Below, one piece after another: positions 1 through 15,694 of a stretch of DNA of 64,000 bases. The translations under genes were made by a program, and so were the position numbers. Position 1 is the first letter of the stretch; every line of letters begins with the position of its first letter. The DNA is from Chrysomallon squamiferum (taxonomy: Eukaryota > Animalia > Mollusca). The notes under the pieces are model-generated. The model saw only the letters and a program-made list of their open reading frames with translations. It had not been told where the DNA came from and ran no database searches. The stretch is taken from assembly GCA_012295275.1 (NCBI GenBank), contig CM022673.1:5146001-5210000 (forward strand). The letters run 5' to 3'.

Positions 1-2727
1 TTAGACTGCCTCACAAATAACTGACACTCCTCTTCACATGTGAAATTTTTCACATCAGTGAAAAACCACAATAGGCATAATGTTACATGAAATTTTAGGT
101 GTCTGGTGCAAAGTTACTTCATTTTGTTTTTCTTATCCTTCAAGTTCATTTGTTTATAAGTAAAAATAAAATGAAAAATATCTCTATTTATCACTGTTAA
201 ATACTGAATCTTGTGAAAGTATTGTTACCTGTTTGAATCTTGGATTATACTGTGTGTGAAATTTTTTAATAAATCTGGTATTCGATACAGCCACCGACAC
301 AGAAAAGCCAAGCAATTGTTTAAAACATATTTGTAACAAAAATCTCCACCAAGATACATGTGTCAGTTTACAGATATATGTATACAAGGTAAGTAAGTGT
401 GCTGGTAAAGAGAAATTATGTAGGCCTATATGTTTGACAAAACAATAATAATTTCAGAATACACACACGCATGAACACATGCACCAATGACTTTTATATT
501 TAGTTACAAAAATAAAAAATATTAGCAAAATAAATGAACTTGTAAGAATAATGAAGCAAATCCACGATCATATTTATTTAATAAATCTTACCAGCAACTT
601 CAGTTTCTTCCATTACAAGCATATTTTTGGCAATTTCAGAACAAAACAGCAACACCCTTTAGTTTTCATGTTATTAGTTTCAAGACATTGCCACAGCTTA
701 ATAAAACATGTCTACACCAATTAACTCCCAGTATAAGGTCAGAATTATCACTGTCTTGTGTACATCTTTCCCTTGTTTCAACAATGTAATAAAACCTTAA
801 GGAATAACAGCACCCATAAACTCTCCCCTGCTTTTGCTACTGTGGCTCAAATGCCTAAAAGATGGCCAGTACCATGGGATACTGGTGTAGGTTTATCAAT
901 AGTGTTTGATGGAGTGCACCATCAAAGTAAATTACTGAATCAATACTGGACTCTCCCAAGTTTGCACATCAAGCACATATTGCTGAATATAACTCAAGCC
1001 AACAGTTCTGATAAAACTAACACAGTACCTCTCTCTGTGGCTATAAATATATATATATTATAGTATTACTGATACTGTGAATAAAGAAAAATGTAAGCAG
1101 CATATTTTGTTTCTTAAATAATCCTTTGGAAGTCTTCTAACAGAATTGTTACACAAAGTAACTGAAATTCTTATAGAAACAATAATGAAATATCGTTTCA
1201 ATCAAAGCCACTTGTAGGAACAAAGTGAAGTATTTTTCTAACACTTCAGTGCCATCATCATATCTTGAAGGTGGAGATATAACTGACTGGCCTCCATATG
1301 GTACAGATGGGTTAAGGAATGAAATCTAAGAGCTTCATATACAAAGACTTGTGCAGAATATATACAAAATGCACAGTGTTTTAAATTTGGTATCTGGTTT
1401 GTACAAGTATACGTGAAGCCTGTGTGCGTATACATGGCTTACAGTGTTAAGAATCAGCCCTAAAACAAATAAGAATGTAAAATAAATCTGTCTAAAACAT
1501 TTTATTCTAGGAAAAAAAAAATATCACCCTTTTATTCGATACAAAATTGTGTGTGCGGTAGCTGTAAATATTAAGTACATTTAGAGATCTTATAAAATAC
1601 TCTTCACAATTGAAATTGCATTTAAAGAATATTTATAAATTCTAAGCAACACCACCAATAAATATTTCTTACATAAAGGGGAAAAAAAATATGGAGATGG
1701 AATAAAAAACATAATAAGATACATTTGACATGTATCATAATATATGTATGCAAAGATATAATAATTCAGTGTTAATTTTTTATCCTATGTAGCATATAAG
1801 CAATAACAAGATGACATCAGATCAAACAAATAAACAAAGGTTTTTGTAATATGTCTATAATAAAAAGAATATAATAATAATGATAATATTAAATAAAAAC
1901 AAAAAAAGGAAACAAATTAGTTTAATCATTCTTAAGTTATAATCTATATTCAGCCAAGTTATAAGAAAGTAAGCAAAGTATTATAGACATTTCTAAGAAA
2001 TTTAAATTCTCATACAGGCAAACATTTCACTGTAAAGGTATCTCAGAAATATTTTATGTAGTGACTAATGCATGTGACACATGACAGATCTGCCTGTTAG
2101 GTTTGCTTGCCTGCATGTAAAACACTGAGTTAGGCTACAGTGTTCAATTCCCCAGTGGGTTAACTCCACTTAATTCCTTCTATCGATGTGAAAATGCTCA
2201 CCAGTTAAATCAAATTCACTCATTAATATGCACAGAAGCTTCATCCAAATGCAAAAACATCAGAGACTCCTGCTATTTATATAAGAATTCACATATTCTT
2301 ATAATTTTTTTTACATTTTTTTTTTATATATAAAACTATATAATATTATGCTAATGAAATATGTAATGTATAACAGAGCAAACAAAAAACAAAACAAAAC
2401 AAAATCTACTATCACTTTTTCTATTTTTCTCTTTCTCATTTTAACAGATATTAACTATTCAGTATTTGGAATATACAATGAACTTCTGGTCAAAAAATAA
2501 TTAGATTTTTGGAAATTTCATTACAAAAACCCACTAAACAATAATTACTATCTTCCCTGCTGTATGTATTTTCTTTATTTAAAAACTACACTTAATTTTA
2601 TAAACATGTGGCAGTATGCAGTCTCACATCACTAACTTATTAAAAAGATATCACTTTAAATGATTTTTTTTTTTTTTTTTTTAAATATTATATTATGATT
2701 TTTAGAAAGTCAATTGTAGCAAAATGT

Positions 2728-2770
<43 letters not shown>

Positions 2771-3429
2771 ACTTTTTTGACACAGGATAATTTAATAAAG
2801 AATGGTGATGGCATGTAATACTATAGCTCATTTATTTCAAGAGATAAAGGGTTGAACAAACCTTGGTCTTAGGTCATAGTTAAACATTTTACATGTGACA
2901 TGAGTCACCCACTCTCAGTTTTATCAGTGAATAGGGTGGGTAATTCTTTAACTAGATTAATGTAATAAAAGGAAGGGAAGTAAACATGCAATTTATTCTT
3001 AAAAAGAAACTGTAATGATTTACATGTTTATAACATCTTTCTTCCATATTTAACTAATAATCTGTGAACATAGCTATCATCAATTTAAAACATAAATGAA
3101 AAAGCAATGGAAGAAAAATAATTATATGTAAATCATCTAATGTCAAAAAATAAAAATTAGATAAAAAATACAATTAAAAAAAAAAAATTAATTAAATAAT
3201 ATAAATAACAAAAACTGAGAGACAGAAAAAGAACAACAATATCAAACCATTCTGTCAATTGTTCTCCATGAACTCAGTACACTTAATTATCATGTGTATG
3301 GAATTTTCTAAAAAAAATACTGGTATATGTAAAACGATCACCAGAACTTTGTAATGTTAATACTCTAAAATGTCCAAGCACAAGCAAATGGCAGATGAAC
3401 AACTTCCATTTCCTTTTCCTTTTAAGGGA

Positions 3430-3600
3430 GTGGGCTACAGTTCAGTGGTTAGAGTCCTGGGCTGAAGCATGATTAGACTTCCTTAGTTACAATAACCTGA
3501 TGTTCTCCTTAGGCTATTTCCCATCCATCCATCTTACCTTTCCATGGAGAAATTCATATAAATAAATCCCTTGATGTTACTCTATAAGATTATTTCATAA
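3430..3600 (+). mobile_element. Decayed tRNA-derived SINE
   Basis: A-box-like CAGTTCAGTGGTTAGAG followed by GCTGAAGCATG. Body CATATAAATAAATCCCTTGATGTTA is shared with the minus-strand copy at ~61.7-61.85 kb. Confidence 0.45.
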
Positions 3601-6198
3601 AAGGTTGATTATACATTATACATGTTACACAAAACTGGTGAATATTTATTTATGAAAAATTATCAGTATTAAAATGTGTATAAGCCATAAAAATGTTTTT
3701 TAAAAATATAATTTTTTTTTTTACTTTTAACACTAGGTAAAGTCCATAAAATACATCTCTTCATTAACTTTAATATTGTACTTTCTATGTGTTTGTGTGA
3801 TCTTTTTCTGTCCATGAAACACAATATGTAGCTTCTACTATACATTATTATACATCCAAGTAATAAGTTTTATTATATCCATAAAACATCCCTTCATCTA
3901 CATTCAGTACATAGTTTTTATCCCACTGATTACGAGAAAAAAATCAGGTGACACCAAATAATTTTTATCTTCTGATTAATGTCATCTTCAGGATCTTTCT
4001 CTGGATGAAGAGATAAGTTGCTGATTCAATAAAAGTGTGATGTATGTTGCAAGTGCTTGCTCGGAGAATACAGAATCATGTCAGTATGTGACATATTGAT
4101 CAAACTCCAACCAAGATGAAGCCAATTCTGAGTTTGAAAGCAGTCTAGCCAGGCTTGTACCAAAACCTCACCAATGAGCACTTGACCATGATGGGGGCTT
4201 TCCTCCCCTACAAATCACTTTTATTTGCTTTAAGCCTGCAGCCAAATTGGAATTGGTGTTCACAAAGGAAATAAAACACTTAAACATATAATAAAACATT
4301 TTCAAAACATGATTCTTTTACAAATTACACAAGATAAATCTTTTTATGATTTTCTTTTATTTCTAGAACTATTTTTTAATTCTATTTTTCTTGCAAAAAA
4401 AAACCCCAAAACACAAAAGAATAATATATATCCACAAAATGTTTTTAAAATTTATACTTTTACCTTTAAATATTTATAAAACATTAATAAAAAATAATTA
4501 TAAGAAAATCATACAGAAGATTTTATTTACTTGCATCTGTTAGTCCTGGAAAATTAGAAAAGAACTGGATATAAATTTATATTTTTTGCATACAGACATG
4601 TGTATGTTTATCTATGGATATATATATCTTCATATTCTGTGATACATTCAATCAAGAACAAACAGTAACATAGACATTGGTTGTATTATCAAAATACACC
4701 TTTTTCATTCAACCTGTCTCATTAAACCAATCCAAGGGTTGATTGATTATCATGTTATCTTAGTAAACAAGTCATTGATTGATTGATTAAAAGTAAAAAT
4801 TTGTTGACGAGAATCAAGCATCCACATCATTCAACTGAAATTAGAGTAGGCTATGGATCATACATAACCAGGTTACTGGTTGATTACACATTCCAATCAT
4901 ATATTAAGACATAACTTTTTGGAAATTCAAAAATGCAGATAATATTCAGATAAAATCTTTGCAAGACTGGTTGCAGAATCCCATCTGCAATTTATATTTC
5001 TGTAACAGTCAAACTTAGTGGGACAAGCATTAACTATATATACTAGGCAAACACTTCACTTAATTTTAACAATGATTAATTTCGTATATGAAAACATTGG
5101 ATAACATCATAATAAATACATACTATAATTACTAATGAACTGTCCAGAAAGCTTTTTGTCAGGATTTTTTGTTTCTAAATCATTTGTATGAATCAAAACT
5201 ATTAGCATAAAAGTATAATCCATATGACACATTTTCCAAGATTTTTATATTGATAATAAATGTTTTAATATAAATTACAAAAACAAGATTAAAACAAGAT
5301 AAAAGAAGATGGAAAAAAAAAAAAATGATCAGTAAATGTAAGTACAAAACAATACATTCAAGAACACATTTTCCAATTTTCATTAATCAAAAACACCTAC
5401 AATTCTAAACATTTTATTAAGGACATTTCATTTATGGACAAAAATACACACTGTTCAACTACTTGAAGTTCTAAGCAGTTCCATTATTGATCAAACAGAT
5501 GATCTAGTACTGTAACAAATTTACTCTTTATGCAAGGTTAACGGCCAATACTGCCACAGGCAATGAACCACCTAATTATTTTTAGGCACAACCAGGAAAC
5601 TAATGAGTTCACTAGTCATACAAAAACTTTTCAGAAGTTAATGAATTACACAGCATCAATCTACATATAGTACAGATAAATGTGCTCAATATATCCTCTC
5701 ACTAATAGCCACCTGCCCAAAAGAGACTATTTGAACTAAAATGCCATTTCTTAATATTTTCTTTGGTTTTGACTGTGTTCTTATGATGCTTTGTAAACAA
5801 CATTCCTTGATATTCCTTTGGATTTTGTAGTTATTAACAACTAGTACAGTATAGTAATAAAATACATGAATGAGGACAGATAATATATATATATATATAT
5901 AGGGCATGTGTGACTGTATGTATCTGTATATATTTATCTATATACATCTAAATAATATGAATCATTAACTGTTGTCATGTTTACATTCATAATATTTCTG
6001 GTTTTGTGTTTAAATTTTTTAAGTTATTCTTTAAACTATGGACCAAAGAACATGGTCATGAATATTTATAAACACTGGCAACTAAAGTAGTACATGGGCT
6101 GAAATTTAAATAATTATTTAAACAAAATGGGTTCTATTAATTGAGATATTTTCCTTTAATCATTGGTTAAAAAAAAAAAAATATATATATATATTAAA

Positions 6199-6237
<39 letters not shown>

Positions 6238-9200
6238 AAATGAAATAAAATAAAATAAAATAAAATAAAGTAAAATAAACAAAAGATGTACATGTATCCA
6301 ATTTCTTTATTTTTAGGGTATTTAATTGTTATGAGTGTGTAGGCCTATGTTTCCTTATCATGACAATGTATCTATTTTGTTTTACCATAGAAAAATGTCC
6401 TTTACTAATACTATTAATTATAAAAATTAAAGTAATTATTAGAACTGCTGCAAACTCTGATATTTACTGTATAATTTGCTTCATCTGTCATGATGTATAA
6501 ATGTTTGTACTGTACATTTAGCCCATTCTATCAAAAATGAAAAGTTTTTTTTCTCTCAAATACACTGAAAACACAAGTACATCCTATCATTAAACAAGAA
6601 CAAAAGCTGCTTTTACAATAATTAATTTACTGTATCTAAATCCTACAACAGATATCGTTAAACTAAGATATCTTTATGGATCATCGAAACACAGATGCAA
6701 ACAGCATGGCTGAGTCATAAACTTGTACACTCAAGCCACACTAAGCTTGTGCAATGCTCACAGTAATCACAGCCAGAAAATGAATTCAGTTTACTGTCAT
6801 CTAATCTCATGTTATGGCTACGCAAACACAGATTATGATAAAAGGAAGATAATCATATTCCACAGGCATTATCACTTTGCTTTGTCTCATTATATTCTAT
6901 GTATACCCACCAAAACAAACTGACCAGTGTCTCTGAATTTCTTTCTGGACTTTTATTAATGAAAATAGATTTTGTTTTGTGTCTTTTTTCTTTTTAAATT
7001 TTTTTTTTTTTTTTAAAATCTTTTTCTTAGTATTATATAAGGAAACAACTGAAATATTGTTCAAATGAGAAGCAATAACTGATTATTTTTTCTACTTTGA
7101 ATTAACAATTCACATACATATAAACAAAATTAGATCTCTCCAATTTTATATAGTCTAAATAATATAGATAATCATGGCCGATTAAATGATTTCTAAACTA
7201 TTTCAGACCAGTGCTTTGTTATAGGCTGTTATTAGTATATCCATACACGTTCGTCAAAAGAACATTGTAATATTCTGAAGCAGCTGTTTTATCTGAAAGA
7301 CTCTTCTATATAGTGTGTGTCCATGTAAAATAAAATAACTAACTATTATCTACAAACAACAAATGATAAATGTATTTTTTACTGTTCTGGTTGCCTTCTA
7401 ATGAGATAGAAGATTATACTGAATATATTTCACTAGTTTTGCCATTGTTAGTAATTCCTTTTGTACATATTGGATAAATTAAAATTTAAAACAAAACAGC
7501 CACTTTACCTGTGGGCAAACAACCAATTTTCACAAATTCCTACCTGGTAAAACCAACTAAAAGTATCACTGATTTTTGGTCTTAAAGCTGAAAATTGTTT
7601 ATATGTAATCTTTTTGCAACATTTCATAATGATATAAAAATGTACCAGAAATAATATATAAGTAATTATGTTCCTTTTGAATATTTACAATTTACAATTA
7701 CCTAAAATATTAATGTCAGCATAAAAAACATAAAGGCAAGTTTGTTTTACTGAAAACATTTTTTTAAAACAAAATGTTCATTGTTGACTAACAATAAAAT
7801 GTGAAGTTATTCACTGATATATAACAACAACAACAACAATAAAATTAAAAACCTGAGTAAATAAATATATATATATTTATATATACACACACACAGACAG
7901 ATAGATTGATAGAAAGATAATAAAAATGCAAAATAGAAAGAAAAAATCATATAAAATAATAAAGTAAAGACTAAATGACATGCTGATTGTTTACAGGATA
8001 AGCTGTAACAAGTGGAAGTAGGTTGTCATTTTTTTCTGACCATGTTTTATTTTATATGTGCAAGTAAATAACATTAAAAGAACTGAAAAAATATATTATG
8101 AAAACAGATTTCTACAAGAATATTATTTGAGCAATATACTGACTAGGCTTTAAAATACTACTAACACATATATAAAATAACAATTAAAAAGGTTTTTTGG
8201 TTCTTTTTTTTAAAATTAGAATTTTTATACATAAATAAATATTTTACTGAATGACTTCAGAGGGTTTTTGCTGGTCTTATTAAACATATTTATTTTATGA
8301 CTCATAAACAGACTTACTCATCAGCTGTTAAAATTACTGGACATTTAACATACTTACTGGTTATATTATCAATATCTGAAGCTTTTAAACATGTAAAATA
8401 CCAAATGAAGTTAATGTCAAATTAGTTCCTTAAAAATAAACCTCAATCATTATTGTTTTTAATGTTTTTGGTTATTATATTGTAATTTTGCAATTTAAAA
8501 ATAATGTAAATGGTTCAAAGATTTATAAGATATAAATCCTAAATCCTACACTTTTAACAAATACTACGAAAGGTTGTAAAGAATGCAAATGCTGCAATAT
8601 ATATATATATATCATTTTTGAAATCATTACTTTTCAGGCAGAAAGAAATATTGTTATTTATATGAAGAAAAAAAAAATATATATATATATATAAGTAAAA
8701 ATACTATGCATATCATATACATGTACACAAATATTTTAATTTATGTTACAAAATAAATAATTACAGTAAAATTCTCAGTACTTATTCACAAAAGAAAAAC
8801 TTACCTGTAAGATGTTGCCATACTTGTTTCATTTTTTCTGTGTACATGTATACTATAAACTCCAACATATACTAGTTGTTGTCTTTAAATCCAGTTACAA
8901 GGTCACATCTCAATAATAACCTTGTATTCTATCCATTTTCCAAAAGATAAAAACAGTATGAAAGAAAACTAATCCTATCTGCTATCTCAAAATATAATTA
9001 AACTAGTTTTATAAATATTTATTTACATTTCTGTTTAATGCTGTAAGCAGTCTTAATATGTTCTACATATATAACATTTATTTGAAATAAATATTTCTTC
9101 AATATGCTGTTTGACAATTATAAAGTGTTTCAGTCTCAACCAACACAAATGTGAAGAAGAGAATATCAATAAACAAACATTATATCTTCAAAAAGATTAA

Positions 9201-10925
9201 ACATTTTGAGCTGTCACAACAATGAACCACATGAAGTCTTAACCAATTCACACCTTTAAAACCCTCAAGTGAAATTTTACAGTTTGTTTTCAAATTCTGT
9301 TCAGATGTCACTCTAGTGTGAACCAATAACTGTTCTCACAGTCCTACATTATGAAGAACAATTTTTCAAAATTCAGTTACATTTAATCAGCACTGTGATG
9401 ACATTATGTGATTTTTTCAAATACACATTAAACAATGCCAGTTATCTTGCAGTGAAAAAACTTAAATATTCCAGTTCAAACTATCACTGAATCAGCAGAT
9501 AACTAACTTCTTTAACAGTTTAGATTTTAATTCCATGGAGAACAATTATATGTATTAGGAAGGTTGATTTTTCAAAACAGACTAAGCTGCATGTTTATCA
9601 CAAAGCTCCTGTCTACATTAGAATCAAGAATTATGTGTAGTTAATTCATGAAGAAATATAACTCTATATATTATTTTAATCCTCTGTACTCCTCAGGTGT
9701 CTTTGAGAATACTGCCAATAAGAAATATCTATTGTTTAAGTTCAATGTATCTAATGTCACCTGCAACTTGGCCCCATTCAAGAGTTAACAAGTTTTGTGA
9801 TAAAGAGTCTGATCTGTGTCCATGCCAAAAACTTTTACTGCTGAACACTTTGAAGATTATGTTGCACTATTATGAGTTTTCCATGCAGTACCTTTTGTTT
9901 AACTCTAGTTTCACAAAACTGGCTGTCTTCATTTATTTACTACATTACTTTCTGCCTGTGAAGACAGCTTTATAATGTTCACTTATCTATGAACCATTGG
10001 TGTATATATATATATATATATATATATACAGACTTCATATACATGCAACTGTTGCTTCTGGTTGGCTGTAACGAATAAACAAATTCAATAACATAAATTC
10101 TGGTATACAGATCTAACCTTGCAATTGAACATTGCTGGTATGAAGACTTAAGCAATAATTTTAGGTTTAGCATCAAGAAAAAAAAAAAAAATACAGACTA
10201 TAGACACCAGTAAGGTAATACAAGCTGAGGCAGAGTAATAACTATTAGGCTATACAAACACGTTTTGAAGCAGCTAGAAAAAATGATCTTTCAAAACATT
10301 AGAAACATTGCCAAGTGTTGCAGCTAATGAGCTTAGCAGATGACTTTAACCATCCAAAAAAACACATTCACAAAAAAACAAACACAAAAAAACTAACAAC
10401 TATGCTTTACATTTTGTGAATAGGTAGATTATGGTTGTATACAATAAAGTGGTTGAATTTCTTAGTATTTTACTCACTCAAGAAGAGATGAAGTTAAAGA
10501 AATGATGATTTATAATATTTAATAATTCATACTGATATGTTTTCTTAGAATCTCTACATTCCTGTCCAATATTCTCTCTAAGCTGTGCAGTGGGGTGGAT
10601 GCACTGTTACTGTATTAGTGCCATACACATAAAACATTTCTCTAATTTTAATTTACAAAATATGATTGTTTTGACCACAGTCCATTTCCATTTTTGCTCA
10701 AAGCCTAAAGAATTTTGTAGTGGTTTGGAAGAATTAGAGGGAATTTTGGCCGTTTCTTCTTATTATTAAATAAATAACTGCAATGTTCTTATCATTTTGA
10801 ATTTTGATTTTTCACTGTAACAAATTATATTAAATTTTAAGTATTTTTGATTTACTAAACAAAACTGATTTCCAATCTAATACAACATTATTAATTTATC
10901 TGTTTTGCAATATTTCAATAACAAA

Positions 10926-10972
<47 letters not shown>

Positions 10973-12399
10973 TCATGTTTTACTTATTTATGAATGAAAC
11001 TGAAAATGTTATTCCCAAAAGTATAATTTAATCAAAAGCCGTTATATTAGTTAATTTAGTAAACAAATTCTGCAAATTACACAAGAATGAGCATATCAAC
11101 TAGGTTGTACTATGTAGTCCTGTCAGATCATTTTAGAATTATTTTAACATTTCTAAATCATTTATAAGACAATTATAAAATTACATACTTACTTAATGTA
11201 TTTATAAACAAAAGTATTTTATAATGTTTAATTTTAAAACTGCTATTTTTAGTTTAAATATTCTCCATAATTAATTAGGTCCTCTCAGCAGTAAATATAA
11301 ATATCTTTAAAAATATTTTATTTATTTACTTTAAAAAAAATAATAAAAAAAGAGAGAGAGAGAATGAAAGAAAAACGATAACAATAACAATAATAATAAT
11401 AATAATAATAAAAAACAAATAGACATAAATAATAATACTAACAGTTGGTTGTTGTTGTTGTTTTTTGTGTGTACACATTGATTTGGATTCACTTGTAATT
11501 AAACAGTAATTATATTCAATTATCAAAATATCAAATTGTATGAAAACTTTTAAATCATACAAGAATTTATTCAAACAGAATTTCATAATAAATGCATATA
11601 TTAATTCTAAAAACATATTTTAGCAGTAATTCCATATTATTAGGCATAATGATTATCAATGTCCTTTATACCTCTAATTTAATAAAATAATGCATTTTAA
11701 ATATATTAATAAAAAAATAGATTTAAAAAGTATTAGAAGATTATAAAGTTACATCAAAAATGTTCATTATTTTTTTGTTTGATTACAATTATATTAATTA
11801 TAGTTTTCCAGACAAAAATAAAAATGTTCTTTTAATATTACTGCACTTAAAGTGTCAATGTTAATTTTAGTAAATAATAAATGCATCTCAGTATGAAAAA
11901 GAAAACCCAAATGTAATAATTTAACACCTTCAAAATTTTTCTTTCTTCAATTGTTTTTTTTTTTTATTATTATTATTATTAATTTTAATTTTTATTTTAT
12001 TTATTTTTTGAGTGGGTTCAATAACATTTTTCATGGATAGTATTAGTAATATAACAGCTTTGTTCGACAAAATCTCTGTTACAAAATTCCATTTGACAAT
12101 ATATTTTACTTTCAAATTTCAAACAACTAACAGAAATCACAATGTTGTTACACTTACAGTTGCATTAGTCGATCAACTACTGAATTCTACAGAATTATCT
12201 CCCTTAAAAAATGTGTACACAACCATGATTGTGTCAACACAACAAAATTATATACCGTATATAATACGCTATTTCTCTCAAGATTTGATTGTCTGTTCTC
12301 TACATTTTATTTCTAATTATTACCATATTTGATCACATGATTTGCCTAATGATAATTACGAAATAAATACAGTAAAATATTTGACACTTGTGACATTTT

Positions 12400-12790
12400 A
12401 CTGACAAATCCTTCGGCGCAGACAAGAACCTAGAACAACAGGTACTGAGATATGGTTTGTTCGCCGTAAAACAATAAAATGTAGCATAATTTCTTTCTTA
12501 CCTCACACTCCAGGCTGCCAAAGCAGATGGTGATACACTTTGATCACCATTTATCCAATTAAAGTATCAACAATATTCTAAAGTTATAATAATATAATAA
12601 AAACACAAACTCCGGTGAAACGAAATACCACAGGAAGTGGCTCTTAGACAAAATGGCGACGGAGAAAAAATATCACGTGACCATTGAACGCACTTGTCGC
12701 CACTAGGTGGCTCAGGCCCGATACCGAAACTAATTTTTAACGTTCGATATTTTTTTAGAAGCCAAATTCAAATGCTACGACATGTTATAT
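12400..12790 (-). promoter_or_regulatory. CpG-rich promoter and probable first exon of an unidentified minus-strand gene
   Basis: About 16 CpGs in an otherwise CpG-depleted region. ETS CAGGAAGTG (12631), YY1-like AAAATGGCG (12650), E-box/CLEAR TCACGTGAC (12673), CTCF-like GCCACTAGGTGGC (12699). Minus-strand donor GAG|GTAAGA at 12502/12501. Further minus-strand donors near 8805, 7509 and 592. Confidence 0.6.
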
Positions 12791-15263
12791 TAAACCTATA
12801 TAATATATCATCAATCTTATTATTATTATCATTATTATTAATTAAATTAAATTGACTGACGATGGAACAGTTGCATAATTATGGAAACAAAAACATTGCT
12901 GTCTTGAAGAAAGGGATTAAGAACAGAATATATTTTACAAATAAATAAATTTAAAGCACAGTACATATAATATATAAAAAATACAACTGTTAGGCATACA
13001 TCCACTTCAAATTGGCATTTGTAAAATGTAACTGATTTTCCAAAGTCACAACTTATTTTATCATACAACTGTAAAAAAAAAGAAAGAAAATTCAGCATGT
13101 AATCTCTAAATTGATGAAAATGAAGTATATTTTGAGGTATTTCATAAGATAAAATTAAGAGAGTTTTGTTCTTTTATCATAATGCAAATTAAAAATCAAT
13201 AAGTTTAATAGGTTTTGAAAAGATGTTGGAAGAGAAATTTCCAATGAAATTAGCTTACAATCCAGCACTGAATCGATCAAACAAAAGTGTATTTTATCCA
13301 ATAATTATGTTTTCTACATAACAAAGACATAAATAGTAATATTCCAATTTTATTTTAATAAATGTCAGTTATTTTACTAAAATAAACTGATAAGGGCATG
13401 TGCACATGATTTCTTTTTAACTTATTTTCTTTTTTTTAGAAAATTCTAGACAATTTATGCTATAATTTGGAGATTGTAATTTTTTTTTATCACATTGTGT
13501 TATTCTGAAAGCAGCCTTGTTCAGTTAGGCACTGGAAACTCCCTTTTCTGATACAGGTAAGCTATTTAATTTGTAATATAGTATATATATTAAAATAAAA
13601 AAAACAATAATGAAATTAATCTTTTAATTTACACTGAAATAATTAAATTTACAGATTTTTTTTTTAAATTTATAAACAACAACAGTAATAAAATTATATA
13701 CAAATTGTCTATAGTTGTTGATAGAAACTGTTTTTCATTATAAACAGCATTTGTGGAATCAATTTGTTGAAGAAGTCTGAAAAGTTTCATTGTTCATTCT
13801 TTACAGATCACTGCTCTACAAAACAATCAGCAGATGTTTCAAATTTTGTAACAATATTATCCAAGAAAAGATATTATTAAACAATAAACTGAACAATCTA
13901 TGAAATAAATTCAAGTGACTGTTTTGGGCTAACAAACATCATAAAGTACTAAAACTGCAAAGAAGCTTGCTGGCAACCATATACATTATTTTTTCTCCTT
14001 GTGTACTTACCTTTGTCAGGGACTAAATTATTAGCATATCTGCTTATATGTAATATTTTATTTTAATTATTATCTTTTAAAATTCCAATATTTACATGTC
14101 AGATATCTTATAATTATTATATTCAGACTGCATTGAGACTAAAGTTTGATCTCCAGTATTAAATAAAATAATCGTTTGGGAGCATATACAATTTGTTTAG
14201 GCTCTTCATTTAACCAACATGAGTACAATTTGACATATTCCAGATGTTAAAAAACACAACAACAAAACCAAAAAAATCCTGCAAATTTGTTTACAAATTT
14301 TATTGTGTAAACAGTGTAAAAACAGATTAAATGTTATCAAATATTTGTTCCATTCAGTAAAGACAGATAGAGGAGAAATTACATAATATTCAGTCAAAGA
14401 TTTAATGTTTCATTTTTAAAATGAAAAGATATTAATGAATTTGTAATGTAAAAATCTATTCCAAAGTAATATTCATGTGATATATTATATATTCAAAATA
14501 ATAATAAGTAAGATTTCGCATTAGCAATAGGCAATATTGATAACTAAGCCTGGTGACTACATTTAAAAAAAAAAATTAACAAAATAAAAATAATTTGCAT
14601 AAGAATTAAAAAACAAAATATATTTACATACATATTTACAAGTCAAAGTATTCATTTCTAAACTACTGAACTATTAAACATCATGTACACTGATTCTTAA
14701 TTTCTATTTTGAAATAAAAACATCATGTTTAACAGAAAGAAATTTATTTTCTGTTTTATTTGATTTAATAATAATATGATGAAAAAAAAAAAAAAAAAAT
14801 AAAATAAAATAATAATAATAAACTAAAAAACGAATTGCACAACAAAATCATTCTATATATCCTCATTCTGTCATGAATTTTTGTAAAGGCCAAATTTAAA
14901 AAAAAAAAAAAAAAAAAATCATGGCTTCTTTTCATTTCTTATAAGTTGCCTTTGCTTATAAGTTGTATATTATTGTTATGAAAAATAGAAACAATAAATT
15001 TAAAATATACATAAAAATAATAAGGCTATTTGTTTTAACACAATTATGACTATTGTGACAATAATTTAAATAAAAACCCCAAAAATATTTGGAATTGTTT
15101 CTCTACTGTGTTCTACAACTCTCAGAATCAAGAGAGTTAATGTTTGTGACTGTTGACAGCTTTGTATATAACTGATTGGTATTGTGTCAGCTTTAGTTGA
15201 GAACAGATCAGAATCAAAGTAATATGTGAATCATCTGTAGTCAAAATTGGAGATACGCCATTT

Positions 15264-15692
15264 TTACTTGTTTAACTTGGAACCTGCCTGTACTTTGGAA
15301 TTCAAAGCATTAATCAATGGTGGAAGATTATAGTATTTTGCTTCAGTCAATAGTTCTTTCAGAATAGCAACATCAGTTGGAAAACTCTCAACAGCTTGTT
15401 TACCATCTCTTAAATAATTCAGAATGTAGCGAAAATGTGTGCCATCTCTGTCGATAAAAAAGCTTCCATCTTTTTCCCTGTGAACTGAATTGCGTCCACT
15501 GAACATTGCATCAAATATGGAATCCTTCTCACGTGTCATTGTTACCATTGATGTAGTGAACTTCAACCCACCAATACTCAGATCAATTTTCTGTTCTGAA
15601 ATTTTGTTCTGATCTTCCACTCTTTTCAAATCATCTTCAAGTTTTTTCTTTTTTGTAAGGAAATCAGTGAGGCTTTGTTTGTACTTTGACAT
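15264..15692 (-). CDS. DUSP-UBL/coiled-coil/BTB protein, last exon: KCTD-type BTB/POZ (T1) domain
   Basis: aacag| acceptor directly before the ATG codon at 15692. IDLSIGGLKFTTS..MFSG..DGSFFIDRDGTHFRYILNYLRDG..ELLTEAKYYNL is a typical KCTD/T1 BTB. Stop TAA at 15264-15266. Spliced product about 510 aa. Confidence 0.9.
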   Translation of the reverse strand: MSKYKQSLTDFLTKKKKLEDDLKRVEDQNKISEQKIDLSIGGLKFTTSMVTMTREKDSIFDAMFSGRNSVHREKDGSFFIDRDGTHFRYILNYLRDGKQAVESFPTDVAILKELLTEAKYYNLPPLINALNSKVQAGSKLNK

Positions 15693-15694
15693 CT

